Below are positions 25,801 to 33,501 of a DNA stretch of 43,944 nt, in pieces (within the stretch, counting starts at the first letter, position 1; each line of letters begins with the position of its first letter). This stretch comes from a virus. Taxonomy: Duplodnaviria; Caudoviricetes. Location of the stretch: positions 1-43,944 of the IMG/VR virus record IMGVR_UViG_3300049926_000057; one strand, 5' to 3'. The position numbers and the translations under genes were made by a program. The notes under the pieces are model-generated. The model did no database searches. It saw nothing but the letters and a program-made list of their open reading frames with translations, and was not told the origin of the DNA.

Positions 25801-25962
25801 GTAGAACGCCAGCTGCTCGACCGTGGCGAAGAGTTGATTCCACTTCCTCTCACCATGGACGACGTAGGCGCACTTAAACCCTTCTTGCGGTAGAACGCGC
25901 TTTAGGAACTCGACCGCTGCCTGCAGCCGTGCGGAGCTGTCGAATCCTTGCTGGCCGTTCAT
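22885..25962 (-). CDS. Primase-helicase: RepB/AEP-like primase, Cys cluster, DUF927 and P-loop helicase
   Basis: ALWADVD, SGNGLHLYW and VLRTPGT primase motifs; TCAKF...C.GC; QFGW; ASGKTT Walker A and FDE Walker B. Confidence 0.88.
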   Translation of the reverse strand: MNGQQGFDSSARLQAAVEFLKRVLPQEGFKCAYVVHGERKWNQLFATVEQLAFYILQHDASGKTVYHACSSFRSDAKDPKGTPQGQRRLGRTQHNVLCTQALWADVDCGEGKSYPDQPTGAEHVAAFCRTRDLPAPLYVGSGNGLHLYWPLDTPLGPETWRRYAAGLAKLFADHGLHVDTTRTADLSSVLRTPGTHHRKNGLKEVIAGPLVGPYPLQLFERLLDAGNTLLPLRGTRERTPSGQLRGQQDRGSVKADLHLRRGQLDAVVQSPSFVPAARTLVSSDLLGGLYQDRPARAGEVALGCRQIAALQTRRGQVTEPHWHAALGVLAHCVDGHDRAHEWSDTEWHGAIDEKLERLESFGPTTCAKFASLDRAGCVGCPHSGRITSPIQLGREAPTAHGAAPAAAPQHGGQQSIFPGTATPAAGEPEPRLPAAPADFVYTGEGKLVHVRESKNGAAIYDTVCEFPIYLKAIQTAEIDEGRYGLVFREKKARSEWRDIVVTARQALGRDASTELAERGVTIHDGELWRKYVRNAIDLWHREKDVEKRYDQFGWKDGETSFLVGKRLYNSTSVTAATGSPTLEHRAQYLSAQTKKGASLERWQAAANKLFAAGLEHQSLAVLCGFAAPLMRFHAEGEGGAIVSFVSDRTASGKTTALEAAASIWGQHKGLKLDETDTRVAKGLKLGVLGNLPCTFDELHQRDPELIREFVLTFTNGTDKDRGTAEGGLKINKSEWQTILLTASNASLVDILSNMNTSDAPAARILEFTTSLPAHMAKEDFEEIRRELNFNHGFAGDAYIKKLVQPEIVGWIRANIPQWSAEVRKAAHLEEKHRFWVRLVVSIIAAGTIVEGMGLLDFSMSRITRWLIDYVAEGASSIRGAAPSDSSSALAAALSEFFLDTLIVNAEYKHGHRSAILRAPSRQLLVRYEVENKRLFLSEMALKRWLVKSGVNIRGFVDTLKKQGVVLGEVRKVTLGAGTDLASGQTPVLTINMANPLVSGVVATLEEALPPSPTKTRLERIKELQR
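23952..24317 (-). CDS. Candidate overprinted gene (+1 frame of primase), Leu-rich helical C-terminus
   Basis: GGAG 7 nt before the ATG; coincides with an A/T-ending codon patch of the primase. Confidence 0.45.
   Translation of the reverse strand: MTSSDGKTGKRRSSWESDSTIPRLSQPLQDRQPSNTARSTSLRKPKKAPPSNDGKQQLISCLQQDLNTSLLRFSAGLQRLSCAFTPKEKEALSSLLSLIEQPLEKLRLLKPLLLSGDSTKD
24417..25292 (-). CDS. Candidate overprinted gene (+1 frame of primase), Cys/His N-terminus and coiled coil
   Basis: GAGAGG 7 nt before the ATG. CYHC...H...C...CTC...HH..C and LLQRMEQLQQQL...LRLQLESL. Confidence 0.6.
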   Translation of the reverse strand: MPETRCYHCGAHGNEPHLDNCAVNKIGVRSKPICTCAEDNSTRSFNHHPSCLLHAPWSVPTSSEDSIKTDPQEQEKLHSVADRLLHYKRDADRLQSLTGMPPSEFWHIALTAMIELTSGQILSGMEQLTKSLSASKASDQQPAPSSQAWTERDASGARTRGESPAPSSWDVKLLQRMEQLQQQLRSMGVSSQSSLAQLRLQLESLNLAFLQHLQTSSTPAKESSSTSGSPRTAPQSTTPSASSRSISKRSRRPKSTKAATASSSAKRKRARSGATSSSPRGKRSAATPRRS

Positions 25963-26176
25963 ATGAAGAGACCCCCCGGAGGTCTTCGAATTGTGTGATG
26001 CAGTGCTGCAGGAGTTTCAACGACACCTCTGCATCACGACCACCGTAACGGGGAGCGCGCTGGTCCACAATCCACGATCGCACGGTGGAGTACGGACGGT
26101 CGAACCAGTGCTGTAGGTCCGCAGTCGACAGGTCTCCCTGTCGCTGCAGCGCGAGTAGTCGCTTGATGAATGACAT
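25874..26176 (-). CDS. HTH-like DNA-binding protein
   Basis: LSTADLQHWFDRPYSTVRSWI resembles an HTH; AAGGGG RBS. Confidence 0.6.
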   Translation of the reverse strand: MSFIKRLLALQRQGDLSTADLQHWFDRPYSTVRSWIVDQRAPRYGGRDAEVSLKLLQHCITQFEDLRGVSSYERPARIRQLRTAAGSGRVPKARSTARRV

Positions 26177-26196
26177 CTCAGCCCCTTGGAAGTTGT

Positions 26197-27258
26197 CTAG
26201 CCCAGCCCGGGCAACGCGAACGCCTTCTGCAGCGCCGCGTTTACATCGTCGTTCGGAGGTTCCGCGTTCTGCACCATGCCGAAGTTCGTCTTGGGTTCTT
26301 CGGTACGTCGGAGGAACCCAGGGATGGCCATGCCGTCCTCAGCCGTGGGCGCTGGTGCGTCGGCGGGTTTGGGCTTGTTACGCGTCGCCTTTGGCTTCGA
26401 CGGCTCCTGCAGAGCCTGCTGCGCGACCTGCAGGGTCGGATTGTGCTCCTTGGTCTGGTACGTCCCGAGGTTCTGCTCGGCCGGCGGTGCCATGCGTTGC
26501 GGCGCCGGGCCCGCCAGCGCGCCACCGGTCTGCACAGGTGCTGCCAGCTGCCTATTCGGGTCGATCGCGACGTCGTCGCGCCCGGTGACCTGCGCGATCG
26601 CGTCCGTGGCGTAGACATGCTCGGAGCGATTGAAGGTATCCTCGTCCACCAGGCCGGCGGCGTTGAACTTGACCACCCCCTGCGACTCAAACTCCAGCCG
26701 CGTGATGACGTCCGGCGGCTCAGCCGCACGCCCGCCGAGGCTATTGGCCGACAGCGCCTTGACGTACTTCTGCAGGTTCTTCAGCGATGCCGGCGGTACC
26801 TTGAAAAAGTAAACGATCTCGTCGGCGTCGCCGGGCACGATGAAGGCCAGCTTCTTGCCCGATTGGCAGGCCGGGATACCGCGGCCGGTCATCTGCGACA
26901 CCGCCGAACCCCACTCCGCGTGCGGGCACACCGCACAAGTTGGTGACTGCGGCGTGGAGGACTGCCGGGACGGTCCGACACCGTTGTCAGACCAGCACAG
27001 CGGCGGGGTGTTGTCGCCCTTGCTGAACTTCTTGCTCGGATCATAGAAGATTCGCGAGACGTTGTTGTTGGAACCGAGGATGCAGACGTCGAGGTGGAAG
27101 GTCTGCACAGGCTTCTCGTTGCCCGAGGCGTCCACCAGGGTGAAGCGATTGTCGGTGATCGACAGGTGCGCCGGGATGCTCGACCCGATGCCACTGACCA
27201 TGTCTTCGGTCGTGGCACGGCTCTGGCGCTTGAGCAGGTAGGAGGGAAGTTGCGTCAT
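26197..27258 (-). CDS. Putative single-stranded DNA-binding / replication accessory protein
   Basis: CWS.NG..P...C..CP...WGS...G..C pattern and low-complexity tail, seen in proteins at this position in PolA/primase phages. AAGGA RBS. Confidence 0.55.
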   Translation of the reverse strand: MTQLPSYLLKRQSRATTEDMVSGIGSSIPAHLSITDNRFTLVDASGNEKPVQTFHLDVCILGSNNNVSRIFYDPSKKFSKGDNTPPLCWSDNGVGPSRQSSTPQSPTCAVCPHAEWGSAVSQMTGRGIPACQSGKKLAFIVPGDADEIVYFFKVPPASLKNLQKYVKALSANSLGGRAAEPPDVITRLEFESQGVVKFNAAGLVDEDTFNRSEHVYATDAIAQVTGRDDVAIDPNRQLAAPVQTGGALAGPAPQRMAPPAEQNLGTYQTKEHNPTLQVAQQALQEPSKPKATRNKPKPADAPAPTAEDGMAIPGFLRRTEEPKTNFGMVQNAEPPNDDVNAALQKAFALPGLG

Positions 27259-27270
27259 CGGTGGTGGTCC

Positions 27271-27684
27271 TTACTTCTTTGGCGAGTTGAAGATGGTCTT
27301 GCGAATCCACGCGGTCTCGACACCAGGAGGCGCGGCCTTGTACTTGTCCATGTACTCGGACACAGCCTCCTTGGAAACAGCCGCGGTGAGGAACTCCTCC
27401 CGCTGCGACTCGAAGATGAAGGCGAACCACGCCTCGCGGTCCGCGACCTTCAGGGACAAAGTCTTCTTGCGGTACATGGTGCCCTGCGGCGTGGCGAGCG
27501 AGGCCTTGGCGTCGTCGTCCCCGGCCAGCTCGTTGAGCACGCCCGCGCCCCAGTCCTCCAGCGCCTTCATGGCGTCGTGGTAGGGCTTCATCTCGGCGTC
27601 GAAGGCTTCCTGCTGCGCATCGATGAAGTTGCGCAGCTTGATGTACTGGCCGATGTAGTCGGCATGTGAGGGTTGTGCGTTCAT
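27271..27684 (-). CDS. Conserved phage hypothetical protein (coiled coil plus beta domain)
   Basis: GGAGG RBS, ATGA overlap with the helicase stop; YIKLR...T..GT.Y...V.D. Confidence 0.7.
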   Translation of the reverse strand: MNAQPSHADYIGQYIKLRNFIDAQQEAFDAEMKPYHDAMKALEDWGAGVLNELAGDDDAKASLATPQGTMYRKKTLSLKVADREAWFAFIFESQREEFLTAAVSKEAVSEYMDKYKAAPPGVETAWIRKTIFNSPKK

Positions 27685-29237
27685 TCCCAGCCTCCCTTGG
27701 CAAGAGCCAGCAGCGCCCCCTGAAGGGTCTCGTTGGCCTCCAGCCTCCTGTAAATCTCGGTCTCGACGCTTGTCGACGTCAGCTGCACGATCGTGGTCGC
27801 GTGCACCTGTCCGGGCCGATCGATCCGCTTGTTGGCTTGCAGATACAACTCAGTGGAGTCGATCGGCCCGAACCAGATGACGCATGTCGCCTGTGTCAGG
27901 GTCAGGCCATGCGCCATCGTCCGGGGGTGCGCAATCAGGACGCGCGGCTTCTCCTTTGCCATGAAGTCGGAGAGGGTCTGGTTCCTCTCCTTGTCGCTCG
28001 GACCACCGTCACTACTACCTCTTACTACACCACAAGAGTAGTCCGACAACTCCTCATGTAACATAGTTATGACACTTGTCAATGGTGCGAAAATGATAAT
28101 CTTCTCGGAGCACTGCTCCATGGCCTCGCGCAGCGCCTTGATTCGCGGCGCGGCGTCCATGTGCGTGATCCGTCTTCCCTCGCCGTACACAGCGCCACAG
28201 GAGATCTGGATCAGCTTCATCCGCAGCACAGCCTCGTTCTGCGCCGTGATCGGACCGCTCTTGGTCATCAGCACGTAGTCGCGCTTCAGCTCCTTGTAGG
28301 CCTTGGTCTGCGCAGGCGAGAGATCGACCTCGCGCCTTTGTGTCGTACAAGGAGGCAGATCAATACAATCGCTAATGGCAAATCGAACAGAAGGCTGTAG
28401 CAGACGATGAACTTCAGCATGCGCCCCGCTCCTTGGTTTCCAGATGAACTGGTTGAATCGCATCATGGTGCGGCTCTGGAACGAGGCGTAGGACTCCCCG
28501 CCGCAGTTGTTGACCAACTTGGCCAGGCCGTAGGCGTCGGTGGGCGCGTTCGGCGTCGGCGTGCCCGTCATCATCCATAGGTAATCGCGCGTCGCCAGCA
28601 GCTTGCGCGCCAGCGCGTGGCGCGACGTGGTGCGGTCCTTGTACATGCTCGCCTCATCGACGATCACCATCCGGATATCTGGACGCGCGGCGAGGTCGAG
28701 CTCCTTCTTAAGGACCTCTAGTCCCTCGGGGTTGATGATGTAGAAGTCGGCAGGCTTTGCCAGCAGGTCGACCCGCTTGCGCTTGTCACCGTGGAGCACA
28801 ACACAGGTACGGCGACCCAGGAAGCTGGCGAAGACGGCGTCGGACCAGACTCGACGGAGAGTGCTAAGCGGAGCAACAACAATGCAGCGTAGGCCGGGAT
28901 TTGTGCACATAACATGATCGGCCGCCCAAAGCGCTGCAAGCGTTTTACCGGTCCCCATGTCGCTAAGCACGAAAGCACGAGGATTAACAACCAGGAAGTT
29001 AGCAGTAATTCGCTGAGCTTCAAAAGGAGTGTATTTTCCGGGGTAATCATAGCCGTTCACCTCCAGCGGCGGCAGCGTGGGCATGCCGAGATAGCGCAGC
29101 ATTTGCAGATTGTAGGTCGAGGTGGGGACGGCGATGAACCCGTTGGAGAGGCGCGTCGCAGTCGGGATCATGCGCGCGACGTTGTCCGCGTCCGGCGTGT
29201 CATAGACCACGAGCTTGCGTTGCGGGTCATGCCACAT
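27681..29237 (-). CDS. SNF2-family (SF2) helicase
   Basis: DMGTGKT, DEAS, TGTP, HGLTLT and QANKRIDRPGQ motifs. Confidence 0.9.
   Translation of the reverse strand: MWHDPQRKLVVYDTPDADNVARMIPTATRLSNGFIAVPTSTYNLQMLRYLGMPTLPPLEVNGYDYPGKYTPFEAQRITANFLVVNPRAFVLSDMGTGKTLAALWAADHVMCTNPGLRCIVVAPLSTLRRVWSDAVFASFLGRRTCVVLHGDKRKRVDLLAKPADFYIINPEGLEVLKKELDLAARPDIRMVIVDEASMYKDRTTSRHALARKLLATRDYLWMMTGTPTPNAPTDAYGLAKLVNNCGGESYASFQSRTMMRFNQFIWKPRSGAHAEVHRLLQPSVRFAISDCIDLPPCTTQRREVDLSPAQTKAYKELKRDYVLMTKSGPITAQNEAVLRMKLIQISCGAVYGEGRRITHMDAAPRIKALREAMEQCSEKIIIFAPLTSVITMLHEELSDYSCGVVRGSSDGGPSDKERNQTLSDFMAKEKPRVLIAHPRTMAHGLTLTQATCVIWFGPIDSTELYLQANKRIDRPGQVHATTIVQLTSTSVETEIYRRLEANETLQGALLALAKGGWE
28055..28082 (-). 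promoter_or_regulatory. Possible internal promoter within the helicase gene
   Basis: Exact TTGACA, 16 nt spacer, TACATG, in an AT-rich patch with no meaningful +1 ORF; faces the SSB/primase genes. Confidence 0.35.
28286..28420 (-). CDS. Candidate overprinted 44-aa membrane peptide (+1 frame of helicase)
   Basis: MLKFIVCYSLLFDLPLAIVLICLLVRHK...; AAGGAG 8 nt upstream, built with a rare AGG codon. Confidence 0.55.
   Translation of the reverse strand: MLKFIVCYSLLFDLPLAIVLICLLVRHKGARSISRLRRPRPTRS
28718..29050 (-). CDS. Candidate overprinted membrane protein (+1 frame of helicase)
   Basis: GGAGGTG 7 nt before the ATG; two Leu-rich hydrophobic segments; A/T-ending codon patch. Confidence 0.55.
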   Translation of the reverse strand: MITPENTLLLKLSELLLTSWLLILVLSCLATWGPVKRLQRFGRPIMLCAQIPAYAALLLLRLALSVESGPTPSSPASWVAVPVLCSTVTSASGSTCWQSLPTSTSSTPRD

Positions 29238-29415
29238 CGGCGCGCGCGGTCCACAGTTTCTCGGAGACCTTGAAAGCGTCCGCGTAGTTTGCAAATCTTT
29301 TCGGGAGCACCACGCCATCAGACACGATGACGTAGAACTCCTCGATCATGTCGCCCGCGCCGCAGCCGGTTGGGCTGCTCGCCAGACGCATCAAGGCAAC
29401 ACCGTGCTGGATCAT
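29227..29415 (-). CDS. Hypothetical protein
   Basis: ATGA overlap with the VRR-NUC stop. Confidence 0.5.
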   Translation of the reverse strand: MIQHGVALMRLASSPTGCGAGDMIEEFYVIVSDGVVLPKRFANYADAFKVSEKLWTARADVA

Positions 29416-29708
29416 GGCAAAAGGACCTTTAGTAGGGACTTCGCGGTTTCAAAATCGTCGTAGGCGAACGCCAAACCACCAGCTGCAGCTACCTCCTTAA
29501 GGGTGTTCTTTTGAATCCCCGTGCAACCCGCCAGCGGCGATTTGTACTTCCCAGGCTTCTTGGCTTCCGCGGCGATGAATTGGCCACGAAAGCAGATCAG
29601 GTCATCGACGGTCCGCTTGCCGTAACCAGTCTGGACCGGCGAGAAGAAGTAAGCCCCCTGCTCCGTGAGCCACTTTCTGAACATGACCTTCAGGTCGGTC
29701 TCGGTCAC
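29412..29708 (-). CDS. VRR-NUC family nuclease
   Basis: TE.DL...G..TVDDLIC..GQFIAAEAKKPG...Q...AAGG. GTGA overlap. Confidence 0.8.
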   Translation of the reverse strand: MTETDLKVMFRKWLTEQGAYFFSPVQTGYGKRTVDDLICFRGQFIAAEAKKPGKYKSPLAGCTGIQKNTLKEVAAAGGLAFAYDDFETAKSLLKVLLP

Positions 29709-29947
29709 TGCAGCGTCGTCCTCTTGCCGTCGTTGGGCGTGAAGTTCAGGTCCTGTTCCGGCAGCATGTACGCCATGCCGTTGATTACATCGGCCGGGAA
29801 GTACAGGTAGCCGTTGTTGAAGTAGCCCGCCGAGCGCACCGACATGCACATGCCGGCAAAGTCGAACCCGTCGGGCAGGTCATCGATCCTGATCACGCCC
29901 CCGGTCTTGAAAAAGATCAGCAGGTGTCGCTTGCGGTCATCCGGCAT
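29705..29947 (-). CDS. Hypothetical protein
   Basis: GGGAG RBS; operon packing. Confidence 0.6.
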   Translation of the reverse strand: MPDDRKRHLLIFFKTGGVIRIDDLPDGFDFAGMCMSVRSAGYFNNGYLYFPADVINGMAYMLPEQDLNFTPNDGKRTTLQ

Positions 29948-30056
29948 TTGCCGCTCCCTTTGCGATTTTTTCTAGCGCCACTGCAATCCGACAGATGGCT
30001 GGCGAAACGAAAAACACTACGGCCACCATGATAAACCACAACGCGAGGTCACCCAT
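29937..30056 (-). CDS. Small membrane protein (39 aa)
   Basis: MGDLALWFIMVAVVFFVSPAICRIAVALEKIAK; GGAGG RBS. Confidence 0.55.
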   Translation of the reverse strand: MGDLALWFIMVAVVFFVSPAICRIAVALEKIAKGAANAG

Positions 30057-30729
30057 TCGCAGCCTCCCGGGCCAGTCGTTGCTTCACGCTGTTGTGCTCG
30101 CAGTCCATCACGTTGCACCAGCCACAGAGTGGGTTCGGCGTCTTCGGAAACGCCCCGTTGCCCGCCATGAATGCGATCTCGTCCATCTGCTCGTTCAGCT
30201 TCGACCAGGTGACGTGCGTGTCGCTCAGGTCGTGCTGCTTGCCGACGGCCTTGTCCTGCAGCCAGATGTAGTGCCCATAGATCGCAGTCACGGCCGGGTG
30301 TTTCGCCTGCAGCATCAGCGCGTGCAGCTTGAGCTCGGCCGGGTCTTCGCGCTTCTTGCCGGTCTTCCAGTCGAAAATCACCGCCGCGTTGCCGCGCATG
30401 GCCGCGACATCGGCATAGCCGCGCACATAGACGCGATCGTCGAAGAACCCGCACGGCTTGCCGTCCTGGTCGATCGCCAGCGGCATCTCGACCTGCGGGT
30501 TGTACTGGAACATCGGCGCCGCGAGTGGTCCGTACTCGCGAAAGTGGTCGGGAAGAACTTTCCCTGTGGACAAGTGTTTCAGCATCGCCTTGTGCAGGTC
30601 GATGCCGACTTGCTGCTTGTCGTCGGGCGCGAACTTCGGCAGGTCCTTGGCGATGTACATCCGATAGCCCTTGTGGGGGCAGTTGTCGAACGCCTGCAGC
30701 ATGGTGTGGGAGGCGACGGGGAGTTTCAT
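30049..30729 (-). CDS. PD-(D/E)XK (Cas4/RecB-like) exonuclease
   Basis: CP...G..LH...E...RGYAD...DWKTGK...C.WC...C pattern; AAGGAG RBS. Confidence 0.85.
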   Translation of the reverse strand: MKLPVASHTMLQAFDNCPHKGYRMYIAKDLPKFAPDDKQQVGIDLHKAMLKHLSTGKVLPDHFREYGPLAAPMFQYNPQVEMPLAIDQDGKPCGFFDDRVYVRGYADVAAMRGNAAVIFDWKTGKKREDPAELKLHALMLQAKHPAVTAIYGHYIWLQDKAVGKQHDLSDTHVTWSKLNEQMDEIAFMAGNGAFPKTPNPLCGWCNVMDCEHNSVKQRLAREAANG

Positions 30730-30911
30730 ATCAGCTCCTTCTCGCGCGCCAGCCACATGGGCAGCGTGCAAATTGTGGGCCTGAAGCTGATTTCAGCCTG
30801 CGACTTCGGTACCCACACTTCGCGGGCGCCGTCATTGATCAACCAAGCAGCCTTGGTCTCAGCCTTGATCTCGCAGGCGATGTCGACGAGGTCACTTTTC
30901 ATAGCGTTCAC
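30726..30911 (-). CDS. Small hypothetical protein
   Basis: ETKAAWL...WVPKSQ...LP.WLA.EK.L is a common small phage protein pattern. Confidence 0.65.
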   Translation of the reverse strand: MNAMKSDLVDIACEIKAETKAAWLINDGAREVWVPKSQAEISFRPTICTLPMWLAREKELI

Positions 30912-32763
30912 TCACTCCCCCCTCAGCAGCCAGTGGCAAGTTCGGCATCCAGACAGGTGGACGACACATCTCGGTAACCATAACCTCGTATGCCTGTTGT
31001 CCACTGTCAAGCGGTACAACTCCCACAAGTTCGTCATGAGTAGTGGTCGCGATCTTGATCCCGTACTTCACGATCCGGTTAGCGGCCTGACTGATCACCA
31101 TGCGCGCCATATACTGCACCACGTTCTCCACCAGCTTGGCGCCGTACATCTTGGTGGGGAAGCCACGGCGGGTCTTGACGCGCCACCCAGGCTCCAGCCA
31201 CGCGGGATCGTCCGCCGTGGGGTTGTGCCACTCCAGGCTGTCATAGATCAGCTCGGCGCAGCCGGGCAGACTGATTCGCCGCCTCCCCGTGGCCTCGTCG
31301 CAGCGCACCTGCAGCGGGCCCCAGTCGAAGTTGACGAAGTTCAGCATGCGCGAGAGCGCGACTTCCGCCTGCTGCCACAGCAGCTCTACGCGCTGGTGGC
31401 CACGACGATAAAACAGCTTCCAGTCCCGCGCGGTTTCGAGATCAATAATGACTGGCGGGCCATACGTGCCCAATCGCGCCGTCTTTTGGATCGTAGCGTC
31501 TCCAGCGCCAAATCCACACGACAGCTCGATCTGTTTACCCGTGCCACGTTCCGCTTTGTCCGCTCTAGTAATTGGTCGACCATAGATCGCTGTAGCGTTG
31601 ACGATGTAGGGGTCATAGCTGGAGTCCCCGGTTGCGTCCCATTGGCGGAACCTCTCGACAACATCGTCCTGCCCTGCGAACTCGTTGAGGATGCGGCACT
31701 CTATTTGCGAGGAGTCGACGACGACGAGGACTGCTCCCGGTGGAGCTTTAATAGCAGCGCGCAACTTCCCTCCACGTCGGAGGTTTTGCCAGTTAACGCC
31801 ATCTCCACCCGACCATCGGGTCGTATGCGCACCACAATATCGGAGATAGACAGGTGATCGCCCCCTTGAAGCCATCCATCCAAAGCGCTCCGCGCGCGTC
31901 TGGTCAATTGTCGACTTGATTCCAAGTCGCGCTGCGGCGAGAGCTTGAACTCTAGGGTTAACATCTTCTAACAACTCCTCCATGAACGGGTCGGTCTTGG
32001 CGAACGCGGGGATCGGACCGTTCTTCCCCGCCTTGTACTCGATCTCCACGCCTTCGGCTTCCAGGAGCGCGATGAAGGTCTCGTTCGAACCGATCTCCTT
32101 GGCGGTGGCGCCGAGCTCGGAGAGCAGCCCGACACGGCGCTTCTCCTCCTCGATCCAGATCTCGCCCAGGAGATCGATATCCGCTTCGAGTACGGGCTCC
32201 GTAAACATGCGGATGGTGGTGTCGATCACCTGGTATTCGTCCTGCGGGAACGGGTTCTCGTTGGACTGCGAGAGACGCTTGAAGATGTCGAGCGTCAGAG
32301 CACAATCATGTAGACAACCAGCGCCAAGACGCCCAAGCAGGTCCCGATCAAGGTCAGCAAAGCGCTTTCCACGAAACTCGTTATAGGGGACCGACTTGCC
32401 TTCAAGACCGAAATGCTGAGCCAGATTCCCAAGGCTGACAGAGAGATGTACGCCAAGTGCCAGCCGAGCCATGGAAAGCGTGTCATACCAGAACCTCGGT
32501 TTGATGCCGTAGTGGTGGGAAAGAATCAGTCCGTCGAATTGCGCGTGGTGGGCGAGCACTGCGGTGTCGGACCAGTCGATGCACTTCAGTCCGATCTCGA
32601 CTTCCGGTCCTTCGAGGAACGTCGATCGACCGGTCTCCACGAGATGCAGCCCACACCCCAGCGCCTCGAAGCGCGGGTCGCGCACGTAGGCCTCCGTGGT
32701 CATCTTTTTCAGCGTGTAGTCGTCGCTGAAGAACGTTTCGAAGTCCAAGACCATGAGGTTCAC
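30892..32763 (-). CDS. DNA polymerase family A with 3'-5' exonuclease domain
   Basis: LDFET and H.AQFD exo motifs; HTTRWSG...NWQNL; DSSQIECR (motif A); R..GK...L..GFG (motif B); HDE (motif C). Confidence 0.92.
   Translation of the reverse strand: MNLMVLDFETFFSDDYTLKKMTTEAYVRDPRFEALGCGLHLVETGRSTFLEGPEVEIGLKCIDWSDTAVLAHHAQFDGLILSHHYGIKPRFWYDTLSMARLALGVHLSVSLGNLAQHFGLEGKSVPYNEFRGKRFADLDRDLLGRLGAGCLHDCALTLDIFKRLSQSNENPFPQDEYQVIDTTIRMFTEPVLEADIDLLGEIWIEEEKRRVGLLSELGATAKEIGSNETFIALLEAEGVEIEYKAGKNGPIPAFAKTDPFMEELLEDVNPRVQALAAARLGIKSTIDQTRAERFGWMASRGRSPVYLRYCGAHTTRWSGGDGVNWQNLRRGGKLRAAIKAPPGAVLVVVDSSQIECRILNEFAGQDDVVERFRQWDATGDSSYDPYIVNATAIYGRPITRADKAERGTGKQIELSCGFGAGDATIQKTARLGTYGPPVIIDLETARDWKLFYRRGHQRVELLWQQAEVALSRMLNFVNFDWGPLQVRCDEATGRRRISLPGCAELIYDSLEWHNPTADDPAWLEPGWRVKTRRGFPTKMYGAKLVENVVQYMARMVISQAANRIVKYGIKIATTTHDELVGVVPLDSGQQAYEVMVTEMCRPPVWMPNLPLAAEGGVSERYEK
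31701..31964 (-). CDS. Candidate overprinted 87-aa protein (+1 frame of polymerase)
   Basis: GGAGGAG upstream; globular-looking sequence; A/T-ending codon patch. Confidence 0.5.
   Translation of the reverse strand: MLTLEFKLSPQRDLESSRQLTRRARSALDGWLQGGDHLSISDIVVRIRPDGRVEMALTGKTSDVEGSCALLLKLHREQSSSSSTPRK
32295..32486 (-). CDS. Candidate overprinted two-TM membrane protein (+1 frame of polymerase)
   Basis: GAGG 7 nt before the ATG; two hydrophobic helices; the ORF coincides with the codon patch. Confidence 0.55.
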   Translation of the reverse strand: MTRFPWLGWHLAYISLSALGIWLSISVLKASRSPITSFVESALLTLIGTCLGVLALVVYMIVL

Positions 32764-32844
32764 TTAGTATCTCCGCAGCACGACGAACCAGAACGCCCAC
32801 GCGACAAAGGCGCTCAGCACGATGATGTTCACGAAAGTTTGCAT
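32764..32844 (-). CDS. Membrane micro-peptide (26 aa)
   Basis: MQTFVNIIVLSAFVAWAFWFVVLRRY fills the gap directly before the polymerase start. Confidence 0.45.
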   Translation of the reverse strand: MQTFVNIIVLSAFVAWAFWFVVLRRY

Positions 32845-32846
32845 CG

Positions 32847-33068
32847 CTACATCCCGATCGCGTTCAACGCGCCCAGCACGTCCGTGCTTTCGATCTGGCC
32901 GTAGGCAAACACGGCCAGGTCCCACATGATGGCCTCGTCCTGCCGCGTCGCACGGTCGAACCGGTAGCCTTCGGGCACATGGAGGCCGATCAGGTCGGCA
33001 AAGCCACGCGCCAGCGCGTTGGCGTCGTCAACGATATCCTGCGCGTCGCGTGTCTCGATGCCTCTCAT
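32847..33068 (-). CDS. Hypothetical protein (73 aa)
   Basis: GGGAG RBS; ATGA overlap. Confidence 0.6.
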   Translation of the reverse strand: MRGIETRDAQDIVDDANALARGFADLIGLHVPEGYRFDRATRQDEAIMWDLAVFAYGQIESTDVLGALNAIGM

Positions 33069-33460
33069 GTCATGCTCCCGGGCAGGAAGCACCGGACCAC
33101 GGGCATGCCGTTGACGTAGTAGGGCCACACCAGCGTGCGGCCATCCCTGTTCGGTTCCTCGATCACCGCGTTGTCGGGGACGTCCACCCACTGGCCCTCC
33201 AGCCGCACGCGGTAGTGACATGCGGAGGTGCCCTGCCCTGGAGAGATCTCCACAAACCTGCAAACCGTGTCCCAGTCCGCGTCACTCACGCGCGTGGCGT
33301 CGCCACCATCGCAGCATGCGGCCTTGCCCTTGCTCTGCAGCGCCTTGAACCAGCTGTCGAGCGCGGGCCGGTCGTGGTCATGGGCCGCAGCCGGCGTCGT
33401 CGTCATCAGGAGGATACGCAACGTCAACCGTAGGCACACCTTCCGCGTCATCGCGTTCAT
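33065..33460 (-). CDS. Exported Cys-rich protein
   Basis: Signal-like ...TTTPAAA-H; WF..L.S...CCDG.D...W.DVP..AVI..PN..G...VW...CF.PG; AGGAG RBS. Confidence 0.7.
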   Translation of the reverse strand: MNAMTRKVCLRLTLRILLMTTTPAAAHDHDRPALDSWFKALQSKGKAACCDGGDATRVSDADWDTVCRFVEISPGQGTSACHYRVRLEGQWVDVPDNAVIEEPNRDGRTLVWPYYVNGMPVVRCFLPGSMT

Positions 33461-33501
33461 TATCAGTCGTCTCCTTGTCCTCGGCTTCATCCAGGAAGGC
33501 G

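Noticed and set aside
30049-30729. Cas4 as part of a CRISPR system
   Set aside because: It is a stand-alone phage PD-(D/E)XK nuclease in a replication operon, with no array or other cas genes.
29995-31857. 620-aa + strand ORF and other long antisense ORFs (15480-17483, 13957-15012, 41607-42650, 34909-35880)
   Set aside because: They are antisense shadows of GC3-rich genes, with R/H/V/A-rich composition, no RBS and no motifs.
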